Of a stretch of 64,000 nt of DNA, positions 1 to 11,287 are shown one piece after another. A program made the position numbers and the translations under genes. Location of the stretch: NCBI GenBank assembly GCA_051313645.2, contig JBNRSN020000029.1:21328001-21392000 (forward strand). The letters run 5' to 3'. The DNA is from Centroscyllium fabricii. Lineage: Eukaryota. How positions within the stretch are numbered: the stretch's first letter is position 1; every line of letters starts with the position of its first letter. The notes below the pieces were generated by a model that saw only the letters and a program-made list of their open reading frames with translations, was not told the origin of the DNA and did not search any database.

Positions 1-383
1 AGCTCCCCGAGGCCCCGACTCTCCGAGGGCCCGACGGCCACAGCTCCCCGACTCTCCGAGGGCCCGACAGCCACAGCTCCCCGAGGCCCCGACTCTCCGA
101 GGGCCCGACGGCCACAGCTCCCCGACTCTCCGAGGGCCCGACAGCCACAGCTCCCCGAGGCCCTGACTCTCCGAGGGCCCGACAGCCACAGTTCCCCGAG
201 GCCCCGACTCTCCGAGGGCCCGACGGCCACAGCTCCCCGAGGCCCCGACTCTCCGAGGGCCCGACGGCCACAGCTCCCCGACTCTCCGAGGGCCCGACAG
301 CCACAGCTCCCCGAGGCCCCGACTCTCCGAGGGCCCGACGGCCACAGCTCCCCGACTCTCCGAGGCCCGACGGCCACAGCTCC
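1..383. repeat. GC-rich minisatellite of mixed 41-bp and 33-bp units, running off the left edge
   Basis: Units AGCTCCCCGAGGCCCCGACTCTCCGAGGGCCCGACRGCCAC (41) and AGCTCCCCGACTCTCCGAGGGCCCGACRGCCAC (33), about 10 near-identical copies. Confidence 0.95.
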
Positions 384-533
384 CGGCGGCTTGTTCAGCA
401 CCGGTGCCCCGATTGAGGAGCACCGGTGCTCCACTCCACCGACCCCGCCGTCCTCTCCAGGAACAGTACGGGACCAGGGACACTAAACTCGGGAGACGCA
501 AAGCAGCTGCTTCTAGCGCGCCGCCATCTTGGT
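1..533 (-). mobile_element. Putative 5' end/5'UTR of a LINE-like element abutting the Gypsy fragment
   Basis: The minus strand begins ACCAAGATGGCGGCGCGC (YY1 motif at 520-530), followed by CpG-rich sequence and tandem repeats. It cuts the Gypsy pol abruptly at ~534. No ORF evidence lies within the window. Confidence 0.4.
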
Positions 534-534
534 C

Positions 535-1519
535 CGGCGTGGTAAGCTCAATGAGCCCCCAGACGACCTCTCCCGGGGAACATGTGCCAGCGGGCAGGTG
601 GATCGACTGCGGTCCCTCCACAATGACCTCTGCCAACCGGGCGTCACCCGGTTCTTCCATTTTGTCAAGGCCCGCAACCTGCCTTACTCCATTGAGGAGG
701 TCAGGACATTGACTAGTGACTGCCAGGTCTGCGCTGAGTGCAAACCGCACTTTTACAGGCCAGACAGGGCACAACTGATCAAGGCCACCAGTCCCTTGAG
801 CGCCTCAGCATTGATTTCAAGGGAGCCCTCCCCTCCCCCGACCGCAATGTGTACTTTCTCACCATTATTGATGAGTACTCACAGTTCTCCTTCGCCGTTT
901 CCTGCCCTGACATGACCTCGGCCACGGTCATCAAGGCCCTGCACAATCGCTTCGCCCTGTTCGGGTTCCCCAGCTACATCCATAGCGACTGGGGTTCCTC
1001 ATTTATGAGCGACGAGCTGCGACAGTACCTGCTCGCTAGAGGAGTCGCCATGAGCAGGACTACCAGCTACAACCCCCGGGGGAACGGACAGGTGGAGAGG
1101 GAGAACGCTACAGTCTGGAAGACCACTCTGCTAGGCCTAAAGTCCAGGGGGCTTCTGGTCTCTCGCTGGCAAGACGCTCTCCCGGATGCCATAAACGCCA
1201 CCCCTCATGAAAAAATGTTTGTCTTCCGCTGGAAGTCCACATCGGGGACATCACTCCCATCTTGGCTGACATCCCCGGGGTCATCTTGCTCCGGAAACAC
1301 GTCAGGGGCCATAAGACGGACCCCCTCGTCAAAAGAGTCCAACTCCTCCACGGAAACCCCGAATACGCCTACATTGTGTATCCGGACGGGCGGGAGGACA
1401 CCATTTCTATTAGGGACCTCGCCCCCTCGGGTGCCCCCGATGCTGCCGAACCCCGCCACCCCCCCTTTTGCAACCCACCACCCCCCGGGAGGCACCTGCA
1501 TCTGATCTTTCTCCCCTAG
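535..1519 (+). pseudogene. pol: Frameshifted Gypsy integrase fragment
   Basis: Integrase is split across ORFs 529-915, 738-1505 and 1262-1519. It lacks the LHSIRSLLCTA segment present in the paralog at ~34630. Confidence 0.9.
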
Positions 1520-1716
1520 CACCTGTACACTGCGCGCCGGATCCAAGGACCCAGCCGCCGACCACCGACTGCTCCCGTGCGGACGAAGACATGGAACCAG
1601 CACCACAGCTGTAGCCATGACAATCACAGAGGCATAATAGACCTCCTGTAAGACTCATGTACACTTCACTTTGTCTCACTCCACCCCACTGGACTCATTT
1701 TTAAAGAAGGGGTGAA

Positions 1717-1936
1717 TCTGGGGAACCCCTGTTGTATATATATGCCTGTGTGTATACATGCCCGGGCATGCTTTAAGCTGACTCTGCCCCTAGCCTACCT
1801 GATAAAGGCCCGAGCTCTGGGAGCCTGGCCCAGTTCAAGGAGTTGCCGGTGAGTCTAAGGATGTCCAGGGTTCTTAGTGAATAAAAGCCTCAGTTGTATT
1901 CTCAACCTCACCGCGAGTATAATTGATCGTGCATCA
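1717..1936 (+). repeat. 3' LTR of the Gypsy fragment
   Basis: Starts directly after the PPT (TCTGGGG, a decayed TG start), AATAAA at 1880-1885, ends ...TTGATCGTGCATCA, resembling the ...TTGACGATACGTCA ends of related LTRs. Confidence 0.8.
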
Positions 1937-2287
1937 CACAGAAGATAGGAGCAGCAGTAGGCCATTCGGCCCTTCGAGCCTGCTCTGCCATTTTGAAGAG
2001 ATCATGGCTGATCATCCAAACCCAGCACCCCACTCCTACCCTCTCACCATATCCGCTGACACCCCCATAAGAACTATATCTCACACACATACTCATAGGC
2101 AATTTTTCGTATCTCCAACTCACCTAACCTGCATGTCTTTGGATGGTGGTAAGAAACTGGAGTACCCGGAGGGAACCCACATGAACATGAAAACTCCACA
2201 CAGAGAGGTCCCGGACCCAGCAGTATTCGAAGCCAGGAGCTCCTTATTGTGAGGCAGCAGTGCTAACCACTGCGCCAACGTGTCACC
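1937..2287 (-). mobile_element. HE1-like V-SINE (tRNA head, V-domain, CR1-derived 3' tail)
   Basis: Minus strand: A box TGGCGCAGTGG (2267-2277), degenerate B box (2224-2234), V-domain-like CCTCCGGGTACTCCAGTTTC...CCAAAGACATGCAGGTTAGG, tail ATCAGCCATGATC...AATGGCCTACTGCTGCTCCTAT. Confidence 0.85.
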
Positions 2288-5200
2288 GTGCTAAGGTCCA
2301 TTGTACTGGTTGCTAAGGGCTGAGGGACCGGTTGCTAAGGACCATGGCATAGGAAGCTAAGAGCCTTGGACCGGTTGCTAACGATCCTGGGATCTGGGGC
2401 TAAGGGCGGTGGGACCAGTGCAAATGCCCATGGGACCGCGTGCTTAGGGCCATGGGACTGGGTGCTAAGGGCCATGGGGCTGGTTGCTAAGGGCCAAGTG
2501 ACAAGGAGCTATGGGCCATGAGACTGGTTGCTATGGGCCATGGGACAAGGTGCTAAGGGCCTTGGACCGGTTGCAAAAAGTGCTGGGACCGGGTGCTAAG
2601 GGCCGTGGGACCGGTGCAAATGCCCATGGGACCGGGCGCTTAGGGCCATGAGACTGGGTGCTAGGGACGATGAGACTGGGTGCTAAAGGCCAAGTGACCA
2701 GGAGCTATGGGCCATGGGACTGGTTGCTATGGGCCATGGGACAGGGTGCTGAGTGCCTTGGACTGGTTGCTAAAGATCCTGGGTCCGAGTGCTAAGTGCC
2801 GTGGGACCGGTGCAAATGCCCATGGGACTAGGTGCTCCGGGTCATGGGACTGGGTGCTAAAGGCCAAGTGACCAGGAGCTATGGGCCATGGGACTGGTTG
2901 CTATGGGCCATGGGACAGGGTGTTAAGGGCCTTGGACTGGTTGCTAACGATCCTGGGACCGGGTGCTAAGGGCCGTGGGACCGGTGCAAAGGCCCATGGG
3001 ATTGATTAATAAGGACCCTGGGACCGATTGCTATGGATATTGTGACCGGTTGCTAAGTGCCGTCGGACCGGTTGCTAAGGGCCATAAGACCAGTTGCTAA
3101 GGGCCGTGGGACAGGGTGCTAAAAGCATTGGGACCGGGTGCTGAGACCCGTGGGGACGGTTGCTAAGGGTGATGGAAACAGTTACTCAGAGCTAGGTGAC
3201 CGGTTGTTAAGAGCCGATTACTAAGTCCCATGTGACCTGGTGCTAAGGGCCACAGGACCGGTTGCTAAGGGCCGAGGGACTGGTTCCTAAGGGCCTTGGG
3301 ACCTTGTGCTATGGTCTAAGGGACTGGTTGCTAAGGGCCGTGGGACAGGGTGCTAAGGGCCTTGGGGCAGTGCAAAGGGCCATGGGACCGGTTGCAAAGG
3401 ACCCTGGAACTGGGTGTTAATGGCTGTGGGACTGGGTGCTAAGGGCCCTGGGACAGGGTGCTGAGGGGCGTGGGACCATTGTTAAGGGCCTTTGGATCGG
3501 ATGCTAAGGGCAGTGGGACCAGGTGCTAAGGGGCGAGGGACTGGTTGCAAACAGCTAAGGGCTTTGTTGTGACTGGTTGATAAGCTCCAAGGGATTAGTT
3601 GGGACTGGTTGCTATGAGCGAAGGGGCTCTTTGGGACTTGTTAATAAGGACAAGGGGATTTGTTGGGACCAGTGCTAAGGGCCTTGGGACCTGTGCTAAG
3701 GGCCATAGGACAGGTTGCTTAATACCCTGAGACCGGGTGCTAAGGGCCCTGGAACAGGGTGCTAAGGGCCGTGGGACTGGGTGCTAAGGGCCGAGGGACC
3801 GGTTGCTTAGGGCCGAAGGACTGGTTGCTACAGGCCAAGAGATCGGTTGCCTAGGGCCGTCGGACAGGATGCTAATGCCCTTGGACTGGTTGCTGAGGGT
3901 TCTGTGACCGGGTGCTATGGGCCTTGGAACCAGTCATGGGACTGGAACCTAAGGTCCAAGGGACCGGATGCTAAGGGCCATGAGACCAGTTGCTAAGGGC
4001 CCAGGGACTGTGAGCTAAGGGCCAAGGGACCGGTTGCTAAGCGCCATGTGACAGGGTGCTAAATGTCTTTGGGACCGGGTGCTGAGGGCCATGGGACTGG
4101 GTGCTAAGGGCCTTAGCACTGGTTGCTAAGGGCCGAGGGATCGGTTGCTAAGGGCCGATGGACCGGTTGCTCCTGGCCATGGGACAGGGTGCTAAGGGCC
4201 TGTGACCGGTTGCTAAAGATCCTGGGACTCGGTGCTAAGGGCCGTGGGACCGGTGCAAAGGCCCATGGAACGGTTGCTAAGGAGCCTGGGAACTGTTGCT
4301 ATGGGCTATGGGACCGGTTGCTAAGGGCCATGAGACCAGTTGCTAACGGCCGTTGGACAGGGTGCTAAATACATTGGGACCGGGTGCTGAGAACCGTGTG
4401 GCCGGTTGCTAAGGGTGATGGAAACAGTTGTTAAGGGCCAGGTGACCAGTTGCTAATTGCCGGTTACTAAGTCCCATGCGACCGGTTGCTAAGGGCCGTT
4501 GGGCCGGTTGCTAAGGGACATGGCGCTGGTTACTAAGTGACAGGGACTGGTTGCTGAGGGCCAAGTTACCGGTTGCGATGGGCAAGAAGACCGGTTGCTA
4601 ATGGCCATGAAAATGGTTGCGAAGAGCCATGGAAACGTTTGCTAAGGGCAAAGGGACCGGCAGCTAATGGCCACGGCCCATTGCTAAGAGCGAAGGGACT
4701 GTTTGCTGAGTGTCATGATGTCAGTTGCTAAGATCCATGGGAACGGGTGCAAAGGGCCTTGGAGCCGGTTGCTAGGAGCGATGGGACACGGTCCTAAGGG
4801 CCAAGTGACCAGGAGCTAAGGGCCATGGAACCAGTGCTAAGGGCCATAGGACCTGGTGCTGAGGGCCATGGGACCAGTTGCTAAGGGCATAGGGACTGGT
4901 TGCTAAGGGGCAAGGCACCAGTTGCCAAGGGCAAGGAGACCGGTTGCTAAGGGAAAGAAGACTGTTGCTAAGGGCCATGGAATTGGTTGCAAAGGACCTT
5001 CGGACTGAGTGCTCGGGGCCATGTGACCAGGTGCAAAGGGCCCTGCGACCGGGTGCTAAGGGCCATGGGGCCGGGTACAAAGGGCCTTGGGACCAGGTGC
5101 AAAGGGCCTTGGGACCCGGTGAACTGGGCCATGAGACCGGGTGCTAAGGGCCCTTGGACCAGGTGCTTTGGGCCATGGGACATGGTGCTAAAGGTATTGG

Positions 5201-8200
5201 GACCTAGTGCTGAGAGCGATGGGTCCGGTTGCTGAGGGCGGTGAAAACAGTTGCTAAGTGCCAGGTGACCGGTTGCTAAGGACCAGTTACTGAGTCCCAT
5301 GTGACCGGTTGCTAAGGGCTTTGGGGCCAGTTGCTAATGCCTGAGAACTGGTTGCTAAGGGCCAAGGGACCGGTTGCCATGGGCAAGGAGACCGGTTGCT
5401 AAGGGCCAAGAAAATGGTTGCTAAGTGCCCTGTAAATGGTTGCTAAGGGCCAAGGGACCGGCGGCTAAGGGCCATGGCCCATTGCTTAGAGCGAAGTGAC
5501 TGGTTGCTAAGAGTCATAGGGGCAGTTGCTTAGGTTCATGGGAGCGGGTGCAAAGGGACCTTGGGAACGGGTGCTAGGGGCAATGGGACCGGATGCTAGG
5601 GGCAATGGGACCGGGTGCTAAAGGTCAAGTGACCAGGTGCTATGGGCCATGGGACAGGGTGCTCAGGGCCTTGGACCGGTAGCTAAAGATCCTGGGACTG
5701 GGTGCTAAGGGCCGTGGGACTGGTGCAAATGCCCATGGGATTGGTTGCTAAGGAACCTGGGACCGGTTGCTAAGGACACTGGGACCTGTTGCTTACTGCC
5801 GTGGGACCGGATGCTATGGGCCATGAGACCAGTTGCTAAGGGCCATGGGACAGGGTGCTAAATGCATTGGGACTGGGTGCTGAGAGCCGTGGGGCTGATT
5901 GCTAAGGACGATGAAATCAGTTGCTAAGGGCCAGGTGACTGGTTGCTAAGTGTCGGTTACGAAGTGCCATGCGATCGGTTGCTGAGGGCCGCGTGGCCGG
6001 GTGCTTAGGGCCATGGGCCTGGTTGCTAAGGGCCGAGGACTGGTTGCTAATGGCCAAGGGACCGGTTGCCATGGGCAAGGAGACGGGTTGCTAAGGGCCA
6101 AGAAAATGGTTGCTAAGGGCCATGGAAACCGTTGTTAAGGGCAAAGAGTCTGATGGCTAAGGGCCACGGCCCATTGCTTAGAGCAAAGCGTGTGGTTGCT
6201 AAGGCCCATGGGACAGGTTGCAAAGGGCCTTGGGACCATGTGCTAGGGGCGATGTAACATGGAGCTAAGAGCCAAGTGACCAGGTGCTAACGGCCATGGA
6301 ACCGGAGGTAAGGGCCATAGGACCTGGCGCTAAGTGCCATGGGAAATGTTGCTGACGGACGAGGGAATGGATGCTAAGCGGCAAGGCACCAGTTGCCAAG
6401 GGTAAAGAGACCGGTTGCTAAGAGCCAAGAAAACTGTTGCTAAGGGCCATGGAATTGGTTGCAAAGGGCCTTGGGACTGAGTGCTAGGGGCCATGGGAAT
6501 GGGTGTGAGGGGCCAAGCTACCGGGTGCTAAGGGTCCTGGGACCGGGTGCTATGGGCAATGGTACCGGTTGCTATGGGACATGGTGCTTAGGGCCATGGG
6601 ACCGGGTGCGACGTGCCATGGTAGCAGGTGCTAAGGTCCATGGGACCGTGTGCTCAGTGCCATTGGACTTGGTGCTAAGGGCCATGGGACTGGTTGCTAA
6701 GGGCCAAAGCACCTTTTGCTCAGGGCGACCGGACCGGGTCCTAAGGGCTATGGGACCGGTTGCTAAGGTCCCTGGGACAGGTTGCTAAGGACCCTGGGAC
6801 TGGTTGCTAGGTGCCGTGGGACTGGTTGTTAAAGGCCATTAGACCAGTTGCTAAGGGTCATGGGACGGGTGCTAAAGGCATTGAGATCGGGTGCTGAGAG
6901 CAGTGGGGCCGGTTGCTAAGGGCGATGGAAACAGCAGCTAAGGGCCAGGTGAGCAGTTGGTAAGGGCCGTGGGGCCGGTTTCTACGGTCCGTGGGGCCGG
7001 TTGCTAAGGGCCGTGGGGCTGGTTGCTAAGTGCCATGGAAACGGTTCTTGGGACAGGCTGCTAAAGGCATTGGGACCGGGTGTGGAGAGCCTTGGGACCG
7101 GTTGCTAAGGGAGATGGATACAGTTGCTGAGTACTAGGTGACCGGTTACTAAGGGCCGGTTACTGAGTACCATGCGACCGGTTGCTAAGGGCTGGTTACT
7201 AAGTACCATGCGACCGTTTGCTAAGGGCCGTGGGGCCGGATGCTGAGAGCCGTGGCACTGGTTGCTAACGGCCAGGGACTGGTTGCTAAGGGCCAAGGGA
7301 CCGGTTGACATGGGCAAGGGGACCAGTGCTAATGGCCAAGAAAACAGTTGCTAAGTGACATGGAAATGTTTGCTAAGGACCAAGGGACCGGCAGCTCAGG
7401 GGCACAGCCCATTGCTAAGAGCGATGGGACTGGTTCCTTAGCGTCATGGGGCATTTCCAAAGGTGCATGGGGCCTGGCACAAAGGGCTTTGGGACCATGT
7501 GCTAAGGGCGTTGTGACCGGGTGCTAAGGGCCAAGTGACCAGGTGCCTAAGGGCCATGGGGCCGGTGTTAAGGCCATGGGACCTGACGCTAGGGCCATGG
7601 GACCAGTTGCTAAAGGTCGAGGGACCGGTTGCTAAGCACCGTGGGACAGGGTGCTAAGGGCCTTGGAGCGGTGCAAAGGGCCATGGGACTGGTTGCTGAT
7701 GACCCTGAGACCAGGTGCTAACGGCCCTGGGACTGGGTGCTATGGACCCTGGGACAGGGTGCTGAGGCACATGGGACCGGTGCTAAGGGCCTTGGGATCG
7801 GTTGCTAAGGGCAGTGGGATCGGGTGCAAAGGGGCGACGGACCGGGTGCTAAGGGCCGAAGGACAGTTTGCTGAGGGCCGAGGGACTGGTTGCTAAGGAC
7901 CAAATGACCGTTTGCTAATTGCTGAGGGACCGGTTGCTAAGGGCCATGGGGCAGGCTGCTAAGGGCTTGGCCAGGTTGCAGAGGATCCTGGGACTGGGTG
8001 CTAATGGCCGTGGGACTGGTGCAAAGGGCCATGGGAGCAGATGCTAAGGGCCAAGGGACAGTTTGCTAAGGGCTGAGGGACCGGTTGCTAAGTGCCGTGG
8101 GACTGGGTGCTAAAGGCCTTGGGACCGGGTGCTAAGGGCAATGGGACTGGGTGCTAAGGGCCATGGGACTGGTTGCTAAAAGCTGAAGCACCGGTTGCCA

Positions 8201-9654
8201 AGTACCATGGGACAGGGTGCAAAGTGCCTTGGACCGGTTGCTTAAGATCCAGGGACAGGGTGCGAAGGGCCTTGGACCGGTTGCTAAGGGCCGTGGGGCT
8301 GGTTGCTAAGGGCCATAGGGCTGGTTGCTAAGGCCCATGGGAGCGGATGCTAAGGCTGCTGGACTGGTTGCTGAAGATCCTAGGACCAGCTGCTAAAGGC
8401 CGTGGGACCGGTGGAAAAGTGCCATGGGACCGGATGCTAAGGGCCACTGGACCAGGTGCTAAGGGCCATGGGACCAGTTGCTAAGGGCCGAGGGGCTGGG
8501 TGCTAAGGGCCATGGATCGAGTTGCTAAGGGTCAGGTGACTGGTTGCTAAAGGCTGGTTGCTAAATCCCATGCGACAGTTTGCTGAGGCCCATGTGGCCA
8601 ATTTCAAAGGACCCAGGGACCTTGTGCTGTGAGCCGATGGATGGGTTGCTAAGGGACGTGAGACAGGGTGCTAAGGGCCTGGGATCGGTGCAAAGGGCCA
8701 TGGGACCAGTTGCGAAGGGCTTTGTGACCATGTACTATGGGCCGAGGGTCCGGTTGCAAAGGTCCATGGGGCTGGTTGCTAATGGCCCAGAACTGGTTGC
8801 TAAGGGCCAAGGGACCAGTTGCCATGGGCAAGGAGACCGGTTGCTAAGGGCCAAGAAAATGGTTGTTAAGGGCCGTGTAAATTGTTGCTAAGGGCCAAGG
8901 GACCGGCGGCTAAGGGCCATGGCCCATTGCATAGAGCGAAGGGACTGGTTGCTAAGAGTCATGGGGGCAGTTGCTGAGACCCATGGGATGGGGTGCAAAG
9001 GGCCTTGGGTTGGGTGCTGGGGCGATGGGACATGGAGCTAAGGGTCAGGTGACCAGGTGCTAATGGCCATTGAACTGGAACTCAGGGCCATAGGACCTGG
9101 TGCTGAGGGCCATGGGGTTGCTAAGTGATGAGGGAATGGATACCAAGAGGAGAGCCACCATTTGCCGAGGGCAAAGAGAGCACTTGCTGAGAGCCAAGAA
9201 AACTGTTGCTAAGGGCCATGGTATTGGTTGCGAAGGACCTTGGGACTTAGTGCTAGGGGCCATAGGACCGGGTGCTAAGCGGAAAGGACCTGGTGCTAAG
9301 GGCCCTGGGACCAGGTGCTAAGGGCCATGGGACCGGGTGCAAAGGGCCTTGGGACCGGGAGCCAAGGGCCTTGGGGCTGATTGCTAGGGGCCATGGGAAC
9401 GGGTGTGAAGGGACAAGGGACCAGCTGCTAAGGGCCCTGGGACCAGGTGCTATGGGCAATCGTACTGGGTGCTATGTGACATGGGACCGGGTGCTAAGTG
9501 CCATGGGACCAGGTGCAAAGGTCCATGGGACCAGTTGCTAAGGACCTTGGGACCATGTACTATGGGCTGAGGGTCCGGTTGCTAAGGACCATGGGGCTGG
9601 TTGCTAACGGCCCAAAACTGGTTGCTAAGGGCCAAGGGACCAGTTGTCATGGGC

Positions 9655-9866
9655 AGTAGAGGACACTAAGAATATCCCAACACTGGACAAACAGAGGTCT
9701 ATAGGGGTGAGGAGCTAATCACGATCAAAATCACTAAGGAAGTGGTACTCGGCAAATTAATGGGGCTCAAGGTGGATAAATCACCTGGACCGGATGGCTT
9801 ACATCCTAGGGTCTTGAGGGAAGTGGCAGTAGGCATTGTGGATGCATTGGTAAATATTTTCCAAAA
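9655..9866 (+). mobile_element. Internal CR1 LINE ORF2 fragment (just N-terminal of the RT core)
   Basis: Translates to VLGKLMGLKVDKSPGPDGLHPRVLREVA..VDALVNIFQ, the CR1-type KSPGPDG.HPRVL motif. Confidence 0.88.
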
Positions 9867-10236
9867 CATGGGGGCAGTTGCTAAGGTCCATGGGACCGGG
9901 TGGAAAGGGCCTTGTGGCCGGGTGCTAGGGCCGATGTGACACGGTGCTAAGGGGCCAAGTAACCAGGTGCTAACGGCCATGGGACTGGTGATAAGGGCCA
10001 TGGGACCAGATGCTGAGGGCTGAGGTACTGGTTGCTAAGGGCCTTGGGACCTTGTGCTATGGTCTGAGGGACTAGTTGCTAAGGGCCGTAGGACAGGGTG
10101 CTAAGGGCCTTGGAGCAGTGCAAAGGGCCATGGGTCCAGTTGCAAAGGGCCCTGGGATCGGTTTCTAATGGCAGTGGGACCGGGTGCTAAGGCCCGAGGA
10201 AACGGTTGCAAAGTGCCAAGGGATTTGTTGAGACTG

Positions 10237-11287
10237 TTGAACCAATCACACTTTATGGCAGTTAGGTGTGGGGTCTGCGAACACACCACAAATTTGCAAA
10301 ATGGGACAAACACCCAATTGAGACCCTACATGTTGAATTCTGTAAAAGTATCCTCCGGACTCAGAGGAAAACCACAAACAATGCATGCAGGGCAGTTAGG
10401 CCAATATCCACTCTTAATTAATATCCAAAAAATAGCCATCAAATTTTGGAAATATCGAAAATTGAGCAACTCCCTCACTACAAAGCCCTGAAATGCCAAG
10501 AAGCGAACATAAAGAGAAGTCCACTCAGCCAACTGGTCCTGGGACTTAGCGAAGTAACTACTAACACTATAGGTAACAACCAGCCCCAGGACAGTGACAT
10601 CCTAGCACTCAGAATTCGACCCAACACAATTATTACTAAACAAAGAGAAAAATATTTGACATACTGGACAGAAATGACAAAAACCCAAAACAAACTACAT
10701 TGTTATTTGGCCCTAAACAGACAGTACACCATGGCTGATTACCTGACTATGGTAAAATATAGCAAACGGAGAAAAACCCTGACAATGCGCAGACTTAGTG
10801 AGCACAGCCTAGCCATCGAAAAAGGCAGACACAGAAGGACTTGGCTGCCCAGGGAGGAAAGGCTGTGCTCCCACTGCAGTCAAGGAGTGGTGGAGACAGA
10901 GCTGCATTTCCTCACAACTTGCGAAAACTATCAGGGCATAAGGGGAAATTTCTACCCAAAATTCGTAAAAACATGCCCTGAATTTCTAAATTTGAACAAC
11001 CACCAAAAACTCCCATATATATTGGGGGAACAGAGGACTTGTATAAAATTAGCGGAAAACTACGTCACAGCTTGCTATAAGCAGAGGGACAACCAGTGAC
11101 CACTGAAGCTAAGAAGAGCATATGAGATTTATATGCGGGTATATATGTATGAGTTTGCACTGTTATCCATTCACTGTTTCTAGTTATGCATTTGTATGTT
11201 CAATTGTATATGTCCTTTTTCTGCGCTTTGGCAACATAGGATGCATCTTGTCATGCCAATAAAGCAATTTGAATTGAATTGAATTGA
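10237..11287 (+). mobile_element. 5'-truncated RTEX-like non-LTR retrotransposon (ORF2 C-terminus and 3'UTR)
   Basis: RLSEHSLAIEKGRH..WLPREERLCSHC..ETELHFLTTC (C-terminal CCHC), stop at 11099, TTGGCA/TGCCAA stem, AATAAA at 11258-11263, (TTGAA)n tail. Clade assignment is from recalled motifs. Confidence 0.8.

Larger units (their letters stand above)
535..1936 (+). mobile_element. 5'-truncated Gypsy/Ty3 LTR retrotransposon (integrase, PPT, 3' LTR); same family as 30653-36571
   Basis: GKLNEPPD..SRGTCAS, H-x3-HPG-like/CQVC zinc region, IDFKG, IHSD, SYNPRGNGQVERE; PPT AAAGAAGGGGTGAA at 1703-1716. Confidence 0.92.
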
